Shown here in pieces: positions 58,294-64,000 of a stretch of 64,000 nt of DNA. The notes below the pieces were generated by a model. That model had not been told where the DNA came from. It did no database searches and saw only the letters and a list, made by a program, of their open reading frames with translations. Position 1 is the stretch's first letter. Each line of letters opens with the position of its first letter. The translations under genes were made by a program, and so were the position numbers. This DNA comes from Clostridia bacterium (GTDB taxonomy: Bacteria > Bacillota > Clostridia > Christensenellales > CAG-138): assembly GCA_045603585.1 (NCBI GenBank), contig JAZUMK010000012.1, positions 5,176 through 69,175 of the forward strand, written 5' to 3'.

Positions 58294-59109
58294 ATGCTTA
58301 TAGATTATCGCAAGCTTGATACCTGGGTACACGCACTCAACCCCAAATTCAGCATGCTGTGCGTGCTGCTGGTCATAATTGCCTCCATAGTCTGGACCAA
58401 TGTTATTCATCTGGCCATACTTACCCTTGCCCTCTACCTTATCGGCGTAAGCTGCAAGGTGCCCTGGAAGCAGATTTCCTGGTTCCTGAAGTTCGCTCTG
58501 GCTGCCTCTTTGCTGATTCTGGTAATTCAGGCATTCACCATCGACCCTTCTCTGATCAAAAACGAAGCCATCAGCAAGGTAGTTCTTTTCCACGTTCTGC
58601 CCAACGGCAAGGGCGCGGTAAAGCTGGCCGGTGTGCTGTACGGCATAGCCGCAAGCCTTAAGATTTACATGGTAGTATTTGCCATCTGCATTCTGGGCTT
58701 CACCGTTCCCCCCACAGAGTTCATTCAGATGCTGGGCAAGCTGCCCTTCGCATCCAAGCAGATAAGCTTCATCTTCTCCACCGCTTGGCGCTTTATCCCC
58801 ATCATTCAGGGTCAGGCAATCAACCTTATGAACGCCCAGAAGACCCGCGGCATGGATATGGACAAGGGCAAGCTGCTGGAAAAGCTCAAGAAGATGATGA
58901 GCATCGTTGCTCCTCTGCTTTCCAATGCGATCGAAGTTGGTTCCGACATCGCTCTGACCATGGAAGCCCGCGGCTTTGGCTCCACCAAAAAGGGCAGCTT
59001 TGTTCGCCCCAACACCATGACCGCAAAGGATCGTATCGGCTGCGTAATAGTTGTTCTGCTTATCGCCGCCATGATCTACGGCACCACTCTGGGCTTCGGG
59101 GTGATGTAA
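58294..59109 (+). CDS. ECF transporter T component
   Basis: HALNP, AQKTRG, MEARGF. Confidence 0.9.
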   Translation: MLIDYRKLDTWVHALNPKFSMLCVLLVIIASIVWTNVIHLAILTLALYLIGVSCKVPWKQISWFLKFALAASLLILVIQAFTIDPSLIKNEAISKVVLFHVLPNGKGAVKLAGVLYGIAASLKIYMVVFAICILGFTVPPTEFIQMLGKLPFASKQISFIFSTAWRFIPIIQGQAINLMNAQKTRGMDMDKGKLLEKLKKMMSIVAPLLSNAIEVGSDIALTMEARGFGSTKKGSFVRPNTMTAKDRIGCVIVVLLIAAMIYGTTLGFGVM

Positions 59110-59110
59110 C

Positions 59111-60007
59111 TTGGCACGCATATTCGTAATGGGCGCGGCGGCTATGGATACCATAGTCAAGGTGGAGGAATTTCCCGTCCTGGACTCCATAGTCTCCCCC
59201 CTTGAAGTAGTACGCACCCCCGGCGGCAGCACCGCAAACGTGGCAGTAGGCCTTTCCCGGCTGGGAAACAGCTGCGAATTCTTAGGCTGCTGCGGCGAGG
59301 ATACCGACGGTAGGCTGCTTAAGGATTCCTTCATTGACGAAGGAGTTGGCATTGCAGGGCTGCTGTCTCAGCCTGACTGGCGCACTCCCGGCGCATTTAT
59401 CGCGGTAAATCACGCAGGCGATCGCGTTATGTACTCCTTGGGCGGCGATGCGCTGTACACCGAGCCCTCCCAGCTCAATGGCATTGATATGTCCTCTGCC
59501 GATGCGATGTACATCGGCGAGGCATTCTCCTCAGTTGCCGTTGAAGCGGCCGCAAGGATACATGCCGCAGGCGGAAAGGTATTCTTCGGACCCGGCGGAG
59601 TTATGTGTTCCTTCGGTCTTGAGGAACTTGCCCCCATTATCGCCTGCTGCGATGTGCTGTTTTTAAGCCGCAGCGAGCTGGCTCAGCTTACGGAAGGCGA
59701 TATAGACAGCGGCGCAGAAAAGCTTCTTGCCATAGGTGCAAAGGCTCTGGTCGTCACCGACGGCAGCAAGGGCGCACACCGCTTCACCGCCGATGAGCAC
59801 ATCTCGGTTTCCGCCCTTAAGGTCACACCGGTGGATACAACAGGCGCCGGCGATGCATTTACCTCCGCCTTTATCCACTCCACCCTCAGCGGAATGGCTC
59901 CCCAGGCCGCTCTGCAATTTGCCTGCAAGGCAGCCGCCTATGCCATAACAAAAACCGGCGGCCGCTGTTCCCCCACAATAGACCAAATTAACGATTGGAG
60001 GATTTAA
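59111..60007 (+). CDS. PfkB family carbohydrate/nucleoside kinase
   Basis: PGGSTANVA, VTDGSKG, VDTTGAGDAF. Confidence 0.9.
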   Translation: MARIFVMGAAAMDTIVKVEEFPVLDSIVSPLEVVRTPGGSTANVAVGLSRLGNSCEFLGCCGEDTDGRLLKDSFIDEGVGIAGLLSQPDWRTPGAFIAVNHAGDRVMYSLGGDALYTEPSQLNGIDMSSADAMYIGEAFSSVAVEAAARIHAAGGKVFFGPGGVMCSFGLEELAPIIACCDVLFLSRSELAQLTEGDIDSGAEKLLAIGAKALVVTDGSKGAHRFTADEHISVSALKVTPVDTTGAGDAFTSAFIHSTLSGMAPQAALQFACKAAAYAITKTGGRCSPTIDQINDWRI

Positions 60008-60011
60008 TTTA

Positions 60012-61199
60012 ATGAATACCCAGCTTTTTGAAGAAGCCGTATCCCTGTGCCGCGCTCTTATTGCCGCTCCCAGCGATTCCGGTCATGAGGACGGCGTAGT
60101 TAATGCCCTTTCCGAGTATTTCCGCAGCAACGGCGTAGAAGATATCGTAGTTGACCGTTTCGGCAACTTCATCGCCACCATCCACGGCAGCAAGCCCGGC
60201 AAGACCGTTCTCTTTGACGGCCATATGGATACCGTTCCCGTAACCGATGCTGACCAGTGGATCCATCCTCCCTATGCAGGCGAAATCGCAGACGGCAAAA
60301 TGTACGGCCGCGGCACCTCTGATATGAAGTGCGCTCTGGGCTGCATGGCAGTTGCCGCCGTGGAATATTTCCGCGCAACCAAGGGCAACTTTGCAGGCAA
60401 CATCGCCGTAGCCGGCGTTGTTCACGAGGAGTGCTTTGAAGGCGTAGCAGCCCGCGAAATCAGCGCCCGCGTACATCCCGATCTGGTAGTTATCGGCGAA
60501 GCTTCCGAGTGCAACCTGAAGATCGGTCAGCGCGGCCGCGGCGAGATCGTCGTGGAAACCTTCGGCAAGAGCGCCCACTCCGCCAACCCCGATCAGGGCA
60601 TCAATGCCGTATACCATATGTGCAAGCTCATCGAAATGATCAAGGAAATCCAGCCCCCCATGTCCGATGTACTTGGTCCCGGCATCCTTGAGCTTACCGA
60701 TATCAAGTCCACTCCCTATCCCGGAGCTTCCGTTGTTCCTTCCCACTGCCGCGCCACCTATGACAGGCGTCTGCTGGTAGGCGAGACCAAGGAAAGCGTT
60801 CTCGCTCCCATTCAGGAAGTTATCGACAAGGCTGCCGCCATCATTCCCGGCTTCAGCGCAAAGGTATCCCTTGCCACCGATACCCAGGAATGCTTCACCG
60901 GCAACTGGATCGAGGGCGAAAGGTTCTTCCCCGGCTGGGCATTTGACGAAAATGCCGATTTCGTTCAGCTGGTACTTGCCGGCCTTAAGGACGGCGGCGT
61001 AGAGCCCCAGATCACCCACTACAACTTCTGCACCAACGGCAGCCATTATGCAGGCGAAGCCGGTATCCCCACCATCGGCTTTGGTCCCTCCACCGAAAAG
61101 CTGGCTCACACCAGGAACGAGTACATCGAGCTTGCTCAGATGGAAGCCGTTCTTTCCGGCTATCTCGGCATGATCGGCCGCGTTTGCCCTCAGGACTAA
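60012..61199 (+). CDS. M20 metallo-hydrolase, YgeY-like
   Basis: DGHMDTV, GRGTSDMK, HEE, IGE, TNGSHYAGEAGIPTIGFGP..AH. Confidence 0.85.
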   Translation: MNTQLFEEAVSLCRALIAAPSDSGHEDGVVNALSEYFRSNGVEDIVVDRFGNFIATIHGSKPGKTVLFDGHMDTVPVTDADQWIHPPYAGEIADGKMYGRGTSDMKCALGCMAVAAVEYFRATKGNFAGNIAVAGVVHEECFEGVAAREISARVHPDLVVIGEASECNLKIGQRGRGEIVVETFGKSAHSANPDQGINAVYHMCKLIEMIKEIQPPMSDVLGPGILELTDIKSTPYPGASVVPSHCRATYDRRLLVGETKESVLAPIQEVIDKAAAIIPGFSAKVSLATDTQECFTGNWIEGERFFPGWAFDENADFVQLVLAGLKDGGVEPQITHYNFCTNGSHYAGEAGIPTIGFGPSTEKLAHTRNEYIELAQMEAVLSGYLGMIGRVCPQD

Positions 61200-61227
61200 T
61201 CAGAATCCCCTTACAGGAGATTAACTT

Positions 61228-61701
61228 ATGCAGGAATTCCACATCACGGTAAATGGTATGGAGCATACCATATGTGCCGAACCCAATACAATATTGCTGA
61301 ACGTACTCAGGAATGACCTGGGACTTACCGGCGCAAAGTGCGGCTGCGGCACCGGCGACTGCGGTGCCTGCACCGTGATAATGGACGGCGAAGCTGTTCG
61401 CAGCTGCATTGTTCCCATGCGCAATGCCGACGGCAAGAGCATTCTCACCATCGAAGGCCTTGCAGACGGTCCCAGGCTGCATCCCCTGCAGCAGGCCTTT
61501 GTGGATGCCGGCGCTATCCAGTGCGGCTTCTGCACCCCCGGCATGATACTGGCCGCCAAGGCGCTGCTTGACAAGAACCCCTCCCCCACCGAAGAGGAAA
61601 TTCGTCAGGCCATCGCTCCCAACCTTTGCCGCTGCACCGGCTATGCAAGAATAGTTGCGGCGGTTCAGCTGGCGGCAGAAAGAATGGAGGCTGCAAAATG
61701 A
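61228..61701 (+). CDS. XDH-family 2x[2Fe-2S] subunit 2
   Basis: GCGTGDCGACTV, QCGFCTPG, NLCRCTGY. Confidence 0.95.
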   Translation: MQEFHITVNGMEHTICAEPNTILLNVLRNDLGLTGAKCGCGTGDCGACTVIMDGEAVRSCIVPMRNADGKSILTIEGLADGPRLHPLQQAFVDAGAIQCGFCTPGMILAAKALLDKNPSPTEEEIRQAIAPNLCRCTGYARIVAAVQLAAERMEAAK

Positions 61702-63977
61702 TTCAGAAGCCTGTAAACGGAATAGTCGGCGTTCCCCATCCCATCGATGATGCAGCCCTCAAGGCCACCGGTCAGCTTCGCTATGTGGATGATATCACTA
61801 TGCCCGGCATGCTGCATGCAAAGGTGCTCTTCAGCCCCCATCCCCATGCAAAAATAACCCGCCTTGATGCTTCAAAGGCGCTGGCCCTGCCCGGCGTAAG
61901 GGGCGTTGTAAGCTATCTCAACACCCCCGACGTCTGCTTCAACAGCAGCGGCGAAACCCTCAACTTTTTCAAGACCGAGCGCGTATTTGACAGCGTAGTC
62001 CGCTACGTTGGCGACAGGGTCGCAGCAGTTGCTGCGGATACCCCCGAAATCGCCGCCAAGGCCCTTCGCCTTATAGAGGTGGACTACGAGCCCCTGCCTG
62101 CAAACTTCGACCCCGAAAAAGGCGCTCAGGATGACGCATACGTCATTCTGGACAGAGGCGGCCTGCAGAAGGGCAATATTATGGAAACCGTATGCCAGCA
62201 GTGCGGCGATGTGGATAAGGCCATGGAGGAAGCCCCCCATGTATTTACCGACACATTCACCGTACCCCCCATTCACCACGGCGCAATAGAGCCCCACGGC
62301 TGCATTGCGGATTACGATGCAAGGGGCAAGCTGACGGTTTATACTCCTTCTCAGGACAGCTTTGCTGTACGCGCAAACCTTAGCCGTATATTCTCCATGC
62401 CCATGAGCAAGGTACGCGTCAGCGTGCCTGCCGTTGGCGGCGCATTCGGCGGCAAGGTCGATATGATCATAGAGCCCGTTGCGGCAGCCCTGGCAATTCA
62501 GTGCGGCAGGCCTGTAAAGCTGATTTACAACCGCAGGGAAGATATCGCTTCCTCCCGTACCCGCCATGCCATGAAGATAACCATGCGCACCGCATTCAAC
62601 GACGAGGGCGAGATACTTGCCGAGGATATGAAGGTATACTGCAACGCAGGCGCCTATGCCTCCGGCACCAGCAATATCGTATGGGCAATGTGCGGCAAGT
62701 TCTTTAAGGTACATCGCTGCACCAATATGCGCTTTACCGGTTATCCCGTTATCACCAACACCACTCTGGGCGGCCCCATGCGCGGCTTCGGCAGTCCCCA
62801 GTGCTTCTTTGCCCAGCAGCGTCAGCTCAATCGCATTGCCAACTTCCTTGGCATGGATATGCTGGAGCTTCAGCGCAAAAACCTTACCCTGCCCGATGGC
62901 GTTGACTATCGCTTCAACCAGCCCCACGGCAACGCAAGGCCCCTTGACTGCCTTAACAGGGCAGCGGAGCTTATCAACTACGAAGCCTGCGTACAGGAGC
63001 AGAAAGCCACCGCTTCCGACCGCTTCCGCATAGGCGTTGGCATAGGCGTTGGCGCCCACGGCAACGGCATGTTCGGCATCCGTGCGGATGATATCACCGG
63101 CATAGTTCTCAAAATGAACGACGACGGCAGCTGCGTTCTTTACACCGGCTCCCACGAAATGGGCAATGCTTCCATCACCACCCAGAAGCAAATGGTTGCC
63201 GAAACCCTCGGCGTTTCCATGGATATGGTATCCGCAGTAAGCGCAGATACCGAACTTGCGCCCTTCCAGCTGGCAGACTATTCCAGCCGCGGTACCTTCG
63301 TATCCGGCCGTGCAGCCCTGCTGGCAGCCGAAGCGATGCGGGATAAGCTGGCCCTTTACGCCGCAAAGCTGCTGGACGCCAATGCAGAGGACTTTACCTT
63401 TGCAAACGGATACGCCACCACCGCTGACGGCAAGCAGGCCACCCTTGAACAGATCGTAATGTACGCCCGCTGCACCTGCTCCACCGAGCTTATAGTGGAG
63501 CGCACCACCGCCGCCAATGCCGCCGTTATCAGCTATGGCGCACACATCGTCAAAGTAAAGGTAGACACCGAAACCGGAAACGTTGAGCTGCTGGACTACG
63601 CCGCAGTTCACGATCTGGGCTATGCCATCAACCCCCTGTCCGTTCGCGGCCAGATCGAAGGCGCAGTACAGATGGGCGCAGGCTATGCCCTCTCTGAAGG
63701 AGTACAGATCGACGAAAACGGCAAGGTAAAGAACACCACCCTCAGAACCTACCGTATGCTCAGGGCTACGGATATGCCCCGCAGCCTGCATGTTGACTGG
63801 ATTCAGGAAGGCGAAGAAGCCGGTCCCTTCGGCGCAAAGAGCATTGGCGAATGTTCCGTTGTACCCAGCGTTGCAGCCATTTCCAACGCTGTATCCAATG
63901 CGATCGGCGTGGAATGCAACCACCTGCCCCTTGACTCCAAGCGTATCACCGAGCTTTTGGCGAACAAGGCAGAATAA
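61698..63977 (+). CDS. Xanthine dehydrogenase / aldehyde oxidoreductase-family Mo subunit 2
   Basis: KATGQLRY, HGAIEP, GGAFGGK, PMRGFG, HEMG, SSRGT, KSIGEC; ATG at 61698 overlaps the upstream gene. Confidence 0.92.
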   Translation: MIQKPVNGIVGVPHPIDDAALKATGQLRYVDDITMPGMLHAKVLFSPHPHAKITRLDASKALALPGVRGVVSYLNTPDVCFNSSGETLNFFKTERVFDSVVRYVGDRVAAVAADTPEIAAKALRLIEVDYEPLPANFDPEKGAQDDAYVILDRGGLQKGNIMETVCQQCGDVDKAMEEAPHVFTDTFTVPPIHHGAIEPHGCIADYDARGKLTVYTPSQDSFAVRANLSRIFSMPMSKVRVSVPAVGGAFGGKVDMIIEPVAAALAIQCGRPVKLIYNRREDIASSRTRHAMKITMRTAFNDEGEILAEDMKVYCNAGAYASGTSNIVWAMCGKFFKVHRCTNMRFTGYPVITNTTLGGPMRGFGSPQCFFAQQRQLNRIANFLGMDMLELQRKNLTLPDGVDYRFNQPHGNARPLDCLNRAAELINYEACVQEQKATASDRFRIGVGIGVGAHGNGMFGIRADDITGIVLKMNDDGSCVLYTGSHEMGNASITTQKQMVAETLGVSMDMVSAVSADTELAPFQLADYSSRGTFVSGRAALLAAEAMRDKLALYAAKLLDANAEDFTFANGYATTADGKQATLEQIVMYARCTCSTELIVERTTAANAAVISYGAHIVKVKVDTETGNVELLDYAAVHDLGYAINPLSVRGQIEGAVQMGAGYALSEGVQIDENGKVKNTTLRTYRMLRATDMPRSLHVDWIQEGEEAGPFGAKSIGECSVVPSVAAISNAVSNAIGVECNHLPLDSKRITELLANKAE

Positions 63978-64000
63978 TCAAAAACAATAATTCCAATAGA

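Noticed and set aside
29790-64000. Island as a mobile element
   Set aside because: No integrase, transposase, tRNA or att repeat was seen at the left border, and the codon style resembles psuG and the DUF3798 operon. The right border is outside the window.

Overview
Chromosomal window of about 50-55% GC (estimated by eye) from an anaerobic Firmicute, probably a gut or rumen Clostridia lineage (AGGAGG RBS, sigmaA promoters, rho-independent terminators). No rRNA, tRNA, CRISPR array or mobile element was seen. Bases 1-29.8 kb hold housekeeping and accessory genes: psuK-psuG pseudouridine catabolism, pepT, an FtsX-type ABC exporter, a DUF3798 ABC importer with an Xaa-Pro peptidase, thioredoxin, an ABC-LytTR-DUF3021 cassette, two MATE pumps, cutC, a GMP synthase lacking its glutaminase domain, a ZIP transporter and a HAD hydrolase. 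Bases 29.9-64 kb form a catabolic island of at least 34 kb that may continue past the window edge. It encodes a 2-oxoacid dehydrogenase complex, two deaminase-type amidohydrolases, a PreA-like flavo-FeS enzyme lacking the catalytic Cys loop, TWO methenyl-H4MPT cyclohydrolase (Mch) homologues with no other methanopterin genes nearby, a BMP nucleoside ABC importer, a split Hcn/proline-dehydrogenase-like amine oxidase, a dihydropyrimidinase, two xanthine-dehydrogenase-family Mo enzymes, an ECF transporter with an extended CblT-like S unit, a PfkB kinase and a YgeY-like M20 hydrolase. An identical 16-bp palindromic motif sits in both divergent promoter regions of the island. I read this as a candidate undescribed anaerobic pathway for a modified nucleoside, pterin or other N-heterocycle. 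The substrate is inferred, not shown. Family assignments come from motif recognition by eye; no database searches were run.
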